This document shows positions 48,074 to 57,768 of a DNA stretch of 59,730 nt, in pieces. Made by a program: the position numbers and the translations under genes. Below the pieces are notes generated by a model. It worked only from the letters and a program-made list of their open reading frames with translations. It ran no database searches and was not told the origin of the DNA. This DNA comes from Atribacterota bacterium (GTDB taxonomy: Bacteria > Atribacterota > Phoenicimicrobiia > Phoenicimicrobiales > Phoenicimicrobiaceae), in the NCBI GenBank assembly GCA_030605615.1, contig JAUWHZ010000020.1, forward strand, positions 1-59,730, written 5' to 3'. The first letter of the stretch is position 1. The number at the start of each line of letters is the position of its first letter.

Positions 48074-49489
48074 TTGATTAATGATTTAACTCCCTTACAG
48101 ATTGTTTCTGAGCTGGATAAATATATAATAGGACAAGATAATGCGAAAAAAGCAGTAGCTATAGCCCTAAGAAATAGGATTAGAAGAAAAAAATTACCTC
48201 CAGAATTAATAGATGAAGTAACACCAAAAAATATTATAATGATTGGTCCTACAGGAGTGGGGAAAACAGAAATTGCAAGAAGATTGTCGAAGTTGGCTAA
48301 TGCTCCTTTCGTAAAAGTTGAAGCCACGAAATATACTGAAGTGGGATATGTGGGAAGAGATGTAGAATCTATAATTAGAGATTTAACAGAAGTAAGCATT
48401 CAATTGGTTCGTAAAGAATGGGCCAATAAGGTAAAAGATAAAGCAAAAAAATTAGTCGAAGATAGAATAATCAACTATTTATTTCCAATAGTTGATAAGA
48501 AAAAAGAGCAGAAAACAGGATTATTTAATGATTCATCTTATAATGAAATTGCAAAAAAGGAATATTCTATAAGTATTTTAGAAAAAAAAGATGAAAGAGA
48601 AGAAAGGTTTGAAAAGACCAGAAAAAAGTTTAGAGAAAAATTGGAAAAAGGTGAACTTGAAAATAGAATAATTGGAATTGAAATTGAAGAGAACATTCAA
48701 CCCACAGTTGAAATTTTTTCCAACACTGGGATAGAGGGTATGGGTCTAAATTTTAGAGATATTTTAAGTAGAATGTTTCCCCAGAAAAAGAAAAAACAAA
48801 AAGTTACTGTCGCAGAAGCTCGTAAAATATTAATGTATAGCGAAACTCAAAGACTAATAGATATGGATGAAGTAATTCGAACAGCCATTAATAAGGCAGA
48901 GAACCTGGGAATTGTTTTTATTGATGAAATAGACAAAATTGCCAGACAAGAAAAGTCATACGGACCAGATGTTTCCAGAGGAGGAGTTCAACGAGATATA
49001 TTGCCTATTATCGAAGGATCAACTGTTATGACTAAATACGGAGTAGTAAAAACTGACCACATACTTTTTATCGCTGCTGGGGCTTTTACCACTTCAAAGC
49101 CTTCTGATCTTATACCTGAATTACAAGGGCGTTTCCCCATTAGGGTAGAATTAAATAATTTAAGTAAAGAAGATTTAAGCAGAATACTAACTGAACCTCG
49201 CAATTCCTTAATTAAGCAATATGTATCATTATTAAGTACAGAAGGTTTGGAAGTAAAATTTACGGATAAGGCCATCAATGAAATTGCTGAAATTGCATTT
49301 TTAGTGAATGAGCAGACAGAAAATATAGGAGCAAGGAGGCTTTATACTGTATTAGAAAAATTGTTAGAAGACATTTCTTTTAATGCACCCGATTTTAAAA
49401 GCAAAAATATAACTATTGACAAAAAATATGTAAATAAAAAGTTACAAAATATCGTAAAGAGCGAAGATTTAAGCAGATACATTTTATAA
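48074..49489 (+). CDS. hslU: ATP-dependent protease ATPase subunit HslU
   Basis: 471 aa. TTG start after [27 protein letters not shown], Walker [10 protein letters not shown], Walker [11 protein letters not shown] and an I-domain insertion. Confidence 0.95.
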   Translation: MINDLTPLQIVSELDKYIIGQDNAKKAVAIALRNRIRRKKLPPELIDEVTPKNIIMIGPTGVGKTEIARRLSKLANAPFVKVEATKYTEVGYVGRDVESIIRDLTEVSIQLVRKEWANKVKDKAKKLVEDRIINYLFPIVDKKKEQKTGLFNDSSYNEIAKKEYSISILEKKDEREERFEKTRKKFREKLEKGELENRIIGIEIEENIQPTVEIFSNTGIEGMGLNFRDILSRMFPQKKKKQKVTVAEARKILMYSETQRLIDMDEVIRTAINKAENLGIVFIDEIDKIARQEKSYGPDVSRGGVQRDILPIIEGSTVMTKYGVVKTDHILFIAAGAFTTSKPSDLIPELQGRFPIRVELNNLSKEDLSRILTEPRNSLIKQYVSLLSTEGLEVKFTDKAINEIAEIAFLVNEQTENIGARRLYTVLEKLLEDISFNAPDFKSKNITIDKKYVNKKLQNIVKSEDLSRYIL

Positions 49490-49510
49490 TTATTTTTATT
49501 TTTTTCTTTT

Positions 49511-49545
49511 CGCAATACGCGATACTCGATACGCAATACTATTAT
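49511..49545 (-). repeat. heptamer array E, complementary orientation (CGCAATA CGCGATA CTCGATA CGCAATA CTATTAT)
   Basis: Read directly. Ends 6 nt before the predicted rpsB -35. CAATACGCGATACT (49513-49526) is the exact reverse complement of 7486-7499. Confidence 0.75.
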
Positions 49546-49551
49546 ATTTTC

Positions 49552-49580
49552 TTGATTTAGAAAAAGAACTATGTTATACT
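49552..49580 (+). promoter_or_regulatory. predicted promoter for rpsB-tsf
   Basis: TTGATT (49552-49557) + 17 nt + TATACT (49575-49580). Leaves a leader of about 90 nt. Confidence 0.55.
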
Positions 49581-49672
49581 ATCTTTGATTTTGTGCGCTA
49601 ATTAAGCATAAATTACAATGATTTACGATAATTTTAAAATTATATATGAAAAAATAAAATGGAGGGTGATAG

Positions 49673-50389
49673 ATGAGCGTAATTTCAATGAAACAATTGT
49701 TAGAAGCAGGAGTTCATTTTGGCCATCAAATGAGAAGATGGGATCCCAAGATGAAGCCTTATATCTTCACAGAAAGGAATAACATATATATTATTGATCT
49801 TCAGCAAACTGTAAAATTAATTGATACGGCTTATAATTTTGTAAGAGAGATAGCCAGCAAAGGTGGCAATATACTGTTTGTAGGTACAAAGAAACAGGCC
49901 CAGGAATCAATTAAAAACGAAGCTGAAAGATGTGAAATGTTTTATGTAAATTATAGATGGTTAGGGGGAACCTTAACTAATTTTGATACAATTAGAAAAA
50001 GAGTTAAAAAACTTTTAGAATTGGAAGAAATGGAAAACAATAAAATGTTTGAAATTCTTCCCAAAAAAGAAGTAATGAGTTTAAAGAGAGAGAAAGGGAA
50101 ATTAGAAAAATTATTGACCGGGATTAGAAGTATGGAAAAACTTCCAGATGTAATTTTTGTGGTTGATCCCAAAAAAGAGAAGATTGCAATTGCTGAAGCA
50201 ATTAAGTTATCTATACCTATCGTTGCCATTGTGGATACCAATTGCAACCCAGAGGAAATTGATTACGTAATTCCAGGGAATGATGATGCTATAAGAGCCG
50301 TAAAACTAATTTCTTCAGTAGTAGCAGATGCGGTTATTGAGGGGAATAAATCTATTGTAGAAAAAGAAACTGAAAAAATTACAACATAA
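49673..50389 (+). CDS. rpsB: 30S ribosomal protein S2
   Basis: 238 aa. [19 protein letters not shown] and AIVDTNCNP. Confidence 0.96.
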   Translation: MSVISMKQLLEAGVHFGHQMRRWDPKMKPYIFTERNNIYIIDLQQTVKLIDTAYNFVREIASKGGNILFVGTKKQAQESIKNEAERCEMFYVNYRWLGGTLTNFDTIRKRVKKLLELEEMENNKMFEILPKKEVMSLKREKGKLEKLLTGIRSMEKLPDVIFVVDPKKEKIAIAEAIKLSIPIVAIVDTNCNPEEIDYVIPGNDDAIRAVKLISSVVADAVIEGNKSIVEKETEKITT

Positions 50390-50422
50390 AAAGCAATATT
50401 CAGATTAGATAAGGAGAAAATA

Positions 50423-51022
50423 ATGAATGTTAGTGCTCAAATGGTAAAAGAACTTAGGAATAAAACAAGTGCTGGAATTATGGATTGTAAAGAAGCTTTA
50501 AGAGATAGTGAAGGCAATATGGAAAAAGCAATAGAATATTTACGTAAAAAAGGAATTAATGCAGCTTCCTCTAAACTTAATAGACAAGCATTAAATGGAA
50601 AGATAGGGTCATATATTCATTTATATGGCAAAATAGGTGTTTTAGTTGAAGTAAATTGCGAGACAGATTTTGTCGCTGATACCGATAATTTTAAAGAATT
50701 CGTAAAAGATATTACCATGCAAATTACAGCATCAGATCCAAAATATATTTCAAGAGAAGAAGTTCCAAAAAGCATAATAGAAAAAGAAAGAAATATTTTC
50801 ATTGCTCAAGTGGAAAAAACAAATAAACCGGCAGCAGTAATTGAAAAAATTGTTGCTGGAAAATTAGAAAAATATTTTAAAGAAAACTGTCTGTTAGAAC
50901 AATTATTTATTAAAGATAACAATAAAACTGTTAATGAGTTGTTATTAGAAACAATCGCAAAATTAGGTGAGAATATTTTAATAAAAAGATTTGCGAGATT
51001 TAAACTTGGTGAGGAAATTTAA
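50423..51022 (+). CDS. tsf: translation elongation factor Ts (short form)
   Basis: 199 aa. MVKELRNKTSAGIMDCKEAL UBA-like N-terminus. Confidence 0.95.
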   Translation: MNVSAQMVKELRNKTSAGIMDCKEALRDSEGNMEKAIEYLRKKGINAASSKLNRQALNGKIGSYIHLYGKIGVLVEVNCETDFVADTDNFKEFVKDITMQITASDPKYISREEVPKSIIEKERNIFIAQVEKTNKPAAVIEKIVAGKLEKYFKENCLLEQLFIKDNNKTVNELLLETIAKLGENILIKRFARFKLGEEI

Positions 51023-51095
51023 AACTAGTATATCGTATATAGTGAAGAAAATAGAAATTCAGAATCCGGAAGATGGAGCGAAATTGTGATACGAA

Positions 51096-51130
51096 CGAAA
51101 TACGCAATACGATATACAATATACGAAAAT
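51096..51130 (-). repeat. heptamer array F, complementary orientation (CGAAATA CGCAATA CGATATA CAATATA CGAAAAT)
   Basis: Read directly. Lies in the tsf-pyrH spacer and ends 7 nt before the pyrH SD. Confidence 0.7.
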
Positions 51131-51150
51131 ATGCCGAAGGAGAAAAAATT

Positions 51151-51870
51151 ATGAAAAAGCCTGTATACAAGAGAATTCTCTTAAAACTTGGCGGTGAATC
51201 ACTTTCGGGGGAAAAAGGATACGGGATTGACATTAATAAGATTAATTTTATTTCTCAGGAGATTAACGAAGTAAAAGAATTAGGAGTACAAATAGCTATC
51301 GTAATAGGTGGGGGAAATATTTTTAGAGGTCAAGAGGGCAGCGAAAAGGGCATAAATCGAGTTTCAGCAGATTATATGGGCATGTTGGCAACCGTGATAA
51401 ATGCTTTAGCTCTTCAGGATTCTTTAGAAAAATTAAATGTAGAAACTAGAGTACAAACTGCAGTTGAAATGAAAGCAATTGCTGAACCATACATCAGGAG
51501 AAGAGCTATTAGACATTTAGAGAAAGGTAGAATAGTAATTTTAGCCGCTGGAACAGGAAATCCCTATTTTACTACTGATACAGCTGCTGCTTTAAGAGCA
51601 ATAGAGTTAAATACAGAAGCAATTCTTAAAGCTACAAAAGTTGATGGTATCTATGAATCCGACCCCTTAAAAAATTCAAAAGCAATGAAATTTAATAAGT
51701 TGGGTTTTCTTGAATTTTTAAATAAAGGGTTAAAAGTTATGGATGCAACTTCTATCTCTTTATGTATGGAAAACAATATTCCTGTAATTGTATTTAATTT
51801 AAACATAGTGGGAAATATTAAAAGAGTTATAATTGGAGAAAAAATTGGTACTGTGGTAAGGGGGGAATAA
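51151..51870 (+). CDS. pyrH: UMP kinase
   Basis: Start set to ATG 51151 ([18 protein letters not shown]), with GGAG about 10 nt upstream. The track's ATG 51073 extension reads through the heptamer array and is not PyrH-like. Also [10 protein letters not shown] and [17 protein letters not shown]. Confidence 0.95.
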   Translation: MKKPVYKRILLKLGGESLSGEKGYGIDINKINFISQEINEVKELGVQIAIVIGGGNIFRGQEGSEKGINRVSADYMGMLATVINALALQDSLEKLNVETRVQTAVEMKAIAEPYIRRRAIRHLEKGRIVILAAGTGNPYFTTDTAAALRAIELNTEAILKATKVDGIYESDPLKNSKAMKFNKLGFLEFLNKGLKVMDATSISLCMENNIPVIVFNLNIVGNIKRVIIGEKIGTVVRGE

Positions 51871-51872
51871 AT

Positions 51873-52430
51873 ATGTTGCCAGATTTATTAAATAGCACAA
51901 AGAATAAAATGGATAAAGCCGTTAAAGTTATAAAGGATGAATTTACTCACATTAGGACAGGAAGAGCTTCTACAGCTTTAATAGATGGGTTAAAAATATC
52001 ATATTACAGTGTTTTAACTCCTTTAAAGCAGATTGCAAATATTTCGATACCCGAATCAAATTTGATAATTATTCAACCATGGGATAAAAATTGTCTTCAC
52101 GAGATTGAAAAAGCCGTTTGGAAATCTGATTTAGGGTTATCTCCAATTAGCGATGGTAATGTTATTCGACTTTCAATTCCTCCATTAAATGAAGAAAGAC
52201 GCAGAGAATTGGTGAAATTAATAAAAGGAGATGCTGAAAAAGGAAAGGTAGCTGTAAGGAATATAAGGCGTGAGACAAACGATTTATTAAAAAAATATGA
52301 AAAAGATAGTAGTATTTCAGAAGATGAATGTAAAAAATATCAAAAAGAAGTTCAGACATCGACTGATGAATATATAGAAAAAATTGATAAATTGTTAGAA
52401 CTAAAAGAAAAAGAAATTATGGAAGTATAA
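51873..52430 (+). CDS. frr: ribosome recycling factor
   Basis: 185 aa. FTHIRTGRASTALID and VRNIRRETND. Confidence 0.95.
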   Translation: MLPDLLNSTKNKMDKAVKVIKDEFTHIRTGRASTALIDGLKISYYSVLTPLKQIANISIPESNLIIIQPWDKNCLHEIEKAVWKSDLGLSPISDGNVIRLSIPPLNEERRRELVKLIKGDAEKGKVAVRNIRRETNDLLKKYEKDSSISEDECKKYQKEVQTSTDEYIEKIDKLLELKEKEIMEV

Positions 52431-52471
52431 AATTACAGTATGATAATTAATTAAGAAAGGGGGATTATTAG

Positions 52472-52612
52472 GTGGCTTATAAGGTTACGGATGAATGTCC
52501 CGTAGAAGCAATTTCTGAAGGAGAAGATATTTATGCAATTGATAAAGATATTTGTACAGAATGTGGAAGTTGTGTAAGTGCTTGTCCAAATGAAGCGATA
52601 ATAGAAGAATAA
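52472..52612 (+). CDS. 46-aa mini-ferredoxin (clostridial 2x[4Fe-4S] type lacking the first CxxCxxC motif)
   Basis: GTG start 8 nt after AAAGGGGGA (52456-52464). Translation MAYKVTDECPVEAISEGEDIYAIDKDICTECGSCVSACPNEAIIEE*. It matches the AYKI.D.C..CG.C...CPV.AI......ID...C..CG.C...CP template except that about 9 residues with three Cys are missing. Below the ORF-track length cutoff. The track's antisense ORF 52451-52660 is spurious. Confidence 0.6.
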   Translation: MAYKVTDECPVEAISEGEDIYAIDKDICTECGSCVSACPNEAIIEE

Positions 52613-52621
52613 AAAGATAAC

Positions 52622-52695
52622 ACCCCCCTTTATAAATTTAATATATATTTGATTATTCATTTTATTAATATATTTTAAAAGGGGGTATTTTTTTA
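52622..52695 (+). terminator. terminator-like element after the mini-ferredoxin: G/C clamp around an AT-rich interior, followed by T7
   Basis: CCCCCTTT (52624-52631) pairs with AAAGGGGG (52678-52685), followed by TATTTTTTT. The about 46-nt interior makes this non-canonical. Confidence 0.3.
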
Positions 52696-52706
52696 GGTGG
52701 TAATCA

Positions 52707-53447
52707 ATGATTAAAAAAGTTAGTCAAGATAAATTAATAGATAGTAAAAAATTACCTCAACATTTGGCTATCATAATGGATGGGAATGGGCGTTGGGCAA
52801 AAGAAAGGGGATTGCCTCGAAGTGCAGGACATATGGAAGGTGTAAAAGCAGTTAAAAGAGTAATTTCTAACTGTATAAGTTTAAACATACCAATATTAAC
52901 AATTTTTGCTTTTTCCACAGAAAATTGGAAACGCCCTAAAAACGAAGTATTGTATTTATTAAAATTATTTAACAAGGCTTTAAATAAAGAAAAAGAAAAT
53001 TTTATTAAAAATAATATTAGAATAAACTTTTTAGGTAGAATCAAAGATCTTCCCAACTCACTTATTAAACAGATGAATGAAATAGCTAAAATAACTAGTA
53101 ATAACAACAAGTTAATTTTAAATATTGCAATTAATTATGGGGGAAGGGCAGAAATTGTTGATGCAATTAATTCTATTATATCAACGGTCTATGAAAAGAA
53201 GATAAAGATTGGAGATATTACTGAAAATACTATAAGAGACAATTTGTATACTCATGGACTTCCTGATCCTGATTTACTAATTAGAACAGCTGGTGAAATG
53301 AGAATAAGTAACTTTATGATTTGGCAAATTGCTTATACTGAATTTTGGGTGACCCCTGTTTATTGGCCCGATTTTGATAAAATTAACTTAATAGAAGCAA
53401 TAAGAGATTTTCAAAAAAGGGTGAGAAAATTTGGAAGGAAAGTATAA
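52707..53447 (+). CDS. uppS: undecaprenyl diphosphate synthase
   Basis: 246 aa. HLAIIMDGNGRWA and LIRTAGEMRISNF. Confidence 0.95.
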   Translation: MIKKVSQDKLIDSKKLPQHLAIIMDGNGRWAKERGLPRSAGHMEGVKAVKRVISNCISLNIPILTIFAFSTENWKRPKNEVLYLLKLFNKALNKEKENFIKNNIRINFLGRIKDLPNSLIKQMNEIAKITSNNNKLILNIAINYGGRAEIVDAINSIISTVYEKKIKIGDITENTIRDNLYTHGLPDPDLLIRTAGEMRISNFMIWQIAYTEFWVTPVYWPDFDKINLIEAIRDFQKRVRKFGRKV

Positions 53448-54252
53448 TAATTTTTTAAAAAGAACTTTTACTATTGTTATCGTTATTCCTTTAATAATTT
53501 TTATAATATTCTGGGAAAGGTTCCCTTTTTTTATAGTAATACTGCTTTTAGCCGGTTTTGGGTTGAACGAACTATATAGCATGGCTCGTAAAAGAGGGTT
53601 CGAGCCCCCTTTTATATTAGGATTTATACTTACTTCGTATTTTATTTTTTTATCAATTTATGATTACTACAATATAAAATATGATAAAGATATATTTTTA
53701 ATCTTTATTATTATAATTGCTATATTATATTTTATTACTCAAATGTTTAAAAAAGATCATATAATGTTACTACCTAATATATCTATTAGTATTTTTGGTA
53801 GTGTATATTTAGGATATTTATTTTCATTTATATTAAAAATAAAATATTTACCTAATGGTAATTATTGTCTCCTTTCTTTATTATTTATTACCTGGGTTAA
53901 TGATTCAGCAGCTTATATTATTGGTACTAAATTTGGTAAAAATAGAATATTTCCCCAAATAAGCCCAAAGAAATCAATCGAGGGATCAATTGGAGGTATT
54001 ATATTTAGTACCATCAGTGTATTTATATTAAAAAATTGGTTAAGCTTAACTTTTACAAAGTTAATATTTCTCTGTTTGGTTATAGCAATAATGGCACAAT
54101 TTGGGGATTTATTTGAATCTATGCTAAAAAGAGGTTCTGAAGTTAAAGATTCGGGTAATTTATTCCCGGGGCATGGAGGAATATTAGATTGCCTTGACAG
54201 TTTATTATTTACTGCTCCAGTATTTTATTACTATATAACTTTTTTAATTTGA
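53431..54252 (+). CDS. cdsA: phosphatidate cytidylyltransferase
   Basis: 273 aa. Multi-TM protein with C-terminal signature SMLKRGSEVKDSGNLFPGHGGILD. Overlaps uppS by 17 nt. Confidence 0.9.
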   Translation: MEGKYNNFLKRTFTIVIVIPLIIFIIFWERFPFFIVILLLAGFGLNELYSMARKRGFEPPFILGFILTSYFIFLSIYDYYNIKYDKDIFLIFIIIIAILYFITQMFKKDHIMLLPNISISIFGSVYLGYLFSFILKIKYLPNGNYCLLSLLFITWVNDSAAYIIGTKFGKNRIFPQISPKKSIEGSIGGIIFSTISVFILKNWLSLTFTKLIFLCLVIAIMAQFGDLFESMLKRGSEVKDSGNLFPGHGGILDCLDSLLFTAPVFYYYITFLI

Positions 54253-54288
54253 TAGAAATAAAAATTTTAAAAAGAATGTGATTTTAAT

Positions 54289-55452
54289 ATGAAAAGAAAG
54301 ATAGTTATATTAGGTTCAACAGGTTCAATAGGCAAACAAACATTAGACATTATTAAAAGTTATCCAGATGAATTCGATGTTATAGGCCTGGGTGGTTGGG
54401 AAAACATAAATTTACTTAAAGAGCAAATAATTGCATTTAAACCTAAAATATCAGTAGTTAAAAACGAACATCTTGCTAATAATTTAAAAAAAGAATTAAA
54501 TAACTTTAATAAAACTAAAATATATTGGGGAATAGATGGATTAATAAAAATATCAACCTTAGAAGAAGTAGATATGGTAGTTGTTGCCATAACTGGAATA
54601 GCATCTCTTGTACCTACTTTTGAAGCCATAAAACATAGAAAAAAAATTGCCTTAGCCAGCAAAGAAGCTATGGTAGTTGCTGGTGAGTTATTAACAAGAG
54701 AAGCAAAGGTACAAAATACGATTATTTTACCTATAGACAGTGAACATAGTGCAATTTTTCAGTGTTTAAAGAATGAACCAAAAAATAATATAGAAAAAAT
54801 TATTTTAACTGCATCTGGGGGGCCACTCTATAATTTAACTACATCTGCCTTAAAGGATGTTTCTGTAGAGGATGCCCTAAATCATCCTAATTGGAAAATG
54901 GGTAAAAAAGTTACTATTGATTCCGCAACTCTAATGAACAAAGGATTAGAAGTTATTGAAGCAAGATGGTTATTTGGCATACCGACTGACAAAATTGAAA
55001 TTGTAATTCATCCCCAAAGTTATATACACTCAATGGTTCAGTTTATCGATGGCACTATTTTAGCGCAATTAAGCGAGCATGATATGAAAATACCTATTCA
55101 ATTTGCGTTGTTTTATCCAGAAAGAGCTAATAATAATTATACTCGATTAGACTTTACAAGAATAAGTCAATTAACTTTTAAAAAACCGAATTTTACCAAA
55201 TTTTCTTGCATTAAACTTGCTTATAAAGCATTAGATATTAATGGCACAATGCCAGCAGTGTTAAATGGAGCTAATGAAATTGCGGTCAATGCTTTTTTAA
55301 ATAAACAAATAAACATAACAGATATTCCTATTATTATTCAAAATATTATGAAAGAGCATAAAGCAATGCCAAATCCCAGTATTAATGATATTTTAGATGC
55401 CGATCGCTGGGCCAGGCAAAGAGCATTATCTTTATGTGAAAATAAAAAATAA
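54289..55452 (+). CDS. dxr: 1-deoxy-D-xylulose 5-phosphate reductoisomerase
   Basis: 387 aa. Motifs ILGSTGSIGKQTL, DSEHSAIFQC and NKGLEVIEA. Confidence 0.95.
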   Translation: MKRKIVILGSTGSIGKQTLDIIKSYPDEFDVIGLGGWENINLLKEQIIAFKPKISVVKNEHLANNLKKELNNFNKTKIYWGIDGLIKISTLEEVDMVVVAITGIASLVPTFEAIKHRKKIALASKEAMVVAGELLTREAKVQNTIILPIDSEHSAIFQCLKNEPKNNIEKIILTASGGPLYNLTTSALKDVSVEDALNHPNWKMGKKVTIDSATLMNKGLEVIEARWLFGIPTDKIEIVIHPQSYIHSMVQFIDGTILAQLSEHDMKIPIQFALFYPERANNNYTRLDFTRISQLTFKKPNFTKFSCIKLAYKALDINGTMPAVLNGANEIAVNAFLNKQINITDIPIIIQNIMKEHKAMPNPSINDILDADRWARQRALSLCENKK

Positions 55453-55473
55453 ATAATTAATTCGGGTAAAAAA

Positions 55474-56523
55474 ATGTTAACCATAATCGCCTTTATATTT
55501 GTATTTAGCATCTTAGTATTTTTTCATGAATTTGGCCACTTTATTGCTGCTAAAGCATCTGGAGTAAGGGTATATAAATTTGCCTTTGGTTTCGGGCCAA
55601 GAATATTAGGATTTACAAAAAACCAAACAGAATATGTAATCTGCTTAATTCCTCTCGGTGGCTATGTAAAAATGGCTGGGGAAATGGGACAAGAGAATGT
55701 TAAAGAAATATCAGAAGAAGTGCCAGAAGAACAAAGATTTGACAAGAAATCGTTAGGGATTAGAGCATTAATAGTGGCCTTAGGTCCTTTTATGAATATT
55801 TTTACTTCAGTTATTATATTTAGCCTGATATTCTTCGTTAACGGAATTCCAATAACTACTAATAACATTTATACAGTTGTCGAAAATGGACCAGCTGATC
55901 AAGCTGGCATTCTTCCCGGAGATAAAATAATTGCAGTTGATTCAATAAAAATGGATAATCCTAATGAAATTGCAAATATTATAAATAAAAGATCTGGAGA
56001 AATGTTAAAGATAACTGTTAGTAGAGCTGAAGAAAGTATTGATTTTTTTGTGACCCCGAAATACGATGAAGATTATAAAAGGGGGTTAATAGGGATTACG
56101 TTCGATATATTTATTAAAAAGATTAATATATTTTCTGCTCTTGGTAGAGGCTTAATAACAACTGTGAGCATTACCAAGTTAATATTTTCTAATACAGTAG
56201 AAATGATTACCGGAAAAGTGCCAGTTGAGATAGCCGGACCTTTGGGGATAGCCCAAATGACCGGGCAAGCTGCTAAGCTGGGTTTTTTAAATTTATTATA
56301 TTTCACTGCAATTTTAAGTATTTTTATAGGATTATTTAATCTTCTTCCTATTCCAATTTTAGACGGAGGACATATAATAATTTTAGCTATAGAAAAATTG
56401 AGAGGAAAACCTTTAGAAGCTGAAAAAATAAATCTAATTTACTTAATTGGAATATCATTTATAATAATTATTTTTATTTTTGCAACCTATAAAGATATTT
56501 TAAGGATTTTTGTTAATAAATAA
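55474..56523 (+). CDS. rseP: RIP zinc metalloprotease RseP/RasP (M50 with PDZ)
   Basis: 349 aa. HEFGHF, a central PDZ (GPADQAGILPGDKIIAV) and NLLPIPILDGGH. Confidence 0.9.
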   Translation: MLTIIAFIFVFSILVFFHEFGHFIAAKASGVRVYKFAFGFGPRILGFTKNQTEYVICLIPLGGYVKMAGEMGQENVKEISEEVPEEQRFDKKSLGIRALIVALGPFMNIFTSVIIFSLIFFVNGIPITTNNIYTVVENGPADQAGILPGDKIIAVDSIKMDNPNEIANIINKRSGEMLKITVSRAEESIDFFVTPKYDEDYKRGLIGITFDIFIKKINIFSALGRGLITTVSITKLIFSNTVEMITGKVPVEIAGPLGIAQMTGQAAKLGFLNLLYFTAILSIFIGLFNLLPIPILDGGHIIILAIEKLRGKPLEAEKINLIYLIGISFIIIIFIFATYKDILRIFVNK

Positions 56524-56541
56524 TGAGGGAATTTTTAAAGG

Positions 56542-57594
56542 ATGTATGCGCGAGAACAGACTAAATCCGTAAGAGTAGGCAATTTAATAATTGGAGGAAA
56601 TGCTCCAATCTCAGTTCAATCAATGACTACTACCGATACCAGGAATGTGTCAGATACAATAGCTCAAATAAAAAAAATGGAAATTGAAGGTTGTGAATTA
56701 GTAAGAGTAGCTGTTCCTGATTTAAAATCATGTTATTCGCTTCCATTAATCAAAAAAGAAATCAATATACCTTTAGTTGCTGACATTCATTATGACTACA
56801 AATTAGCTTTGAAATCTATTGAGCTTGGTGTGGATGGGTTACGAATAAATCCTGGTAATATAAGGAATGTAGAAAAAATTAAATCAGTTATAAAGTCTGC
56901 AAGAGAAAAAAGCTTGCCAATTAGATTTGGAATAAATTCTGGTTCATTAGATAAGGATATTTTTAAAAAATATAACAAAGTAACTCCCAAGGCTTTAATA
57001 GAAAGTGCTAAAAATATTATTACAGTATTAGAAGAGGTTAACTATCATAATATAATATTCTCTATTAAATCCATAAATGTGATTGATACGATACAGGCAA
57101 ATAATATTTTTTCTTCAAAATTTAATTATCCTTTACACTTAGGAATTACCGAAGCAGGCCCTCCTTTTCAAGGAACTATTAAATCCTCTATTGGAATTGG
57201 ATTATTGCTATATCAGGGAATTGGTAATACTATTCGAGTTTCACTTACTGGTGATCCAATAGAAGAGATAAAAGTTGGGTATGAAATATTAAAGGCATTA
57301 CACCTTAGGAAAAGAGGTCTAAATTTAATTTCTTGTCCTACCTGTGCAAGATGCAAAGTTGACCTAAATAAAATTATAAAAAAAGTTGAAAGACAGTTTT
57401 GTAATATTAATAAACCGTTAACTATTGCTGTTATGGGTTGTATGGTAAACGGTCCCGGTGAAGCAAGAGAAGCTGATATAGGTGTTGCATTTGATAAAAA
57501 GAATGGGGTGTTATTTAAAAAAGGCAAGATAATTGCAAAATGTAGTGATAAAATAATAATAAGAAGATTATTAGAAGAAATTAAAAATGGTTAA
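56542..57594 (+). CDS. ispG: 4-hydroxy-3-methylbut-2-en-1-yl diphosphate synthase
   Basis: 350 aa. VRVAVP, LRINPGN, and C-terminal cluster ligands CPTCARC...GCMVNGPGE. Confidence 0.95.
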   Translation: MYAREQTKSVRVGNLIIGGNAPISVQSMTTTDTRNVSDTIAQIKKMEIEGCELVRVAVPDLKSCYSLPLIKKEINIPLVADIHYDYKLALKSIELGVDGLRINPGNIRNVEKIKSVIKSAREKSLPIRFGINSGSLDKDIFKKYNKVTPKALIESAKNIITVLEEVNYHNIIFSIKSINVIDTIQANNIFSSKFNYPLHLGITEAGPPFQGTIKSSIGIGLLLYQGIGNTIRVSLTGDPIEEIKVGYEILKALHLRKRGLNLISCPTCARCKVDLNKIIKKVERQFCNINKPLTIAVMGCMVNGPGEAREADIGVAFDKKNGVLFKKGKIIAKCSDKIIIRRLLEEIKNG

Positions 57595-57607
57595 AAAGAT
57601 GTAATGT

Positions 57608-57694
57608 GTAGCAAGTGATAAGTAACCTGTAATAAGTACTTATTTTCATAATTTCTGAAATTTAATCTTGTTACTTATTACTTATTACTTCTTT
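57608..57694. repeat. inverted pair of AGTAA-type heptamer arrays
   Basis: GTAGCAA GTGATAA GTAACCT GTAATAA GTACTTA (57608-57642) faces CTTGTTA CTTATTA CTTATTA CTTCTTT (57667-57694). AAGTGATAAGTAAC (57613-57626) pairs with GTTACTTATTACTT (57670-57683). Perfect palindrome AATAAGTACTTATT at 57631-57644. Confidence 0.7.
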
Positions 57695-57768
57695 TGATAC
57701 TCGACACGAATTTATTTTGATTCCTGGTTTTTTCCTATTATTTTCTTAACTAGCTAATTAATTCTTAG

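Noticed and set aside
51058-51075. TCCGGAAG in the tsf-pyrH spacer resembling the SRP RNA domain IV GUCCGGAAGGAAGCAGC core
   Set aside because: Only 8 nt match. The flanking conserved AGCAG and helix-5 pairing are absent, and the spacer (128 nt) is filled by the repeat array.
51073-51150. N-terminal 26-aa extension of pyrH given by the ORF track
   Set aside because: The extension translates a 7-nt tandem array (…[15 protein letters not shown]…). The canonical UMP-kinase N-terminus and an SD occur at ATG 51151.
53590-53612. tRNA T-arm-like GGTTCGAGCCCCC
   Set aside because: It lies inside cdsA (codes KRGFEPPF). No acceptor, D or anticodon arms can be drawn around it.
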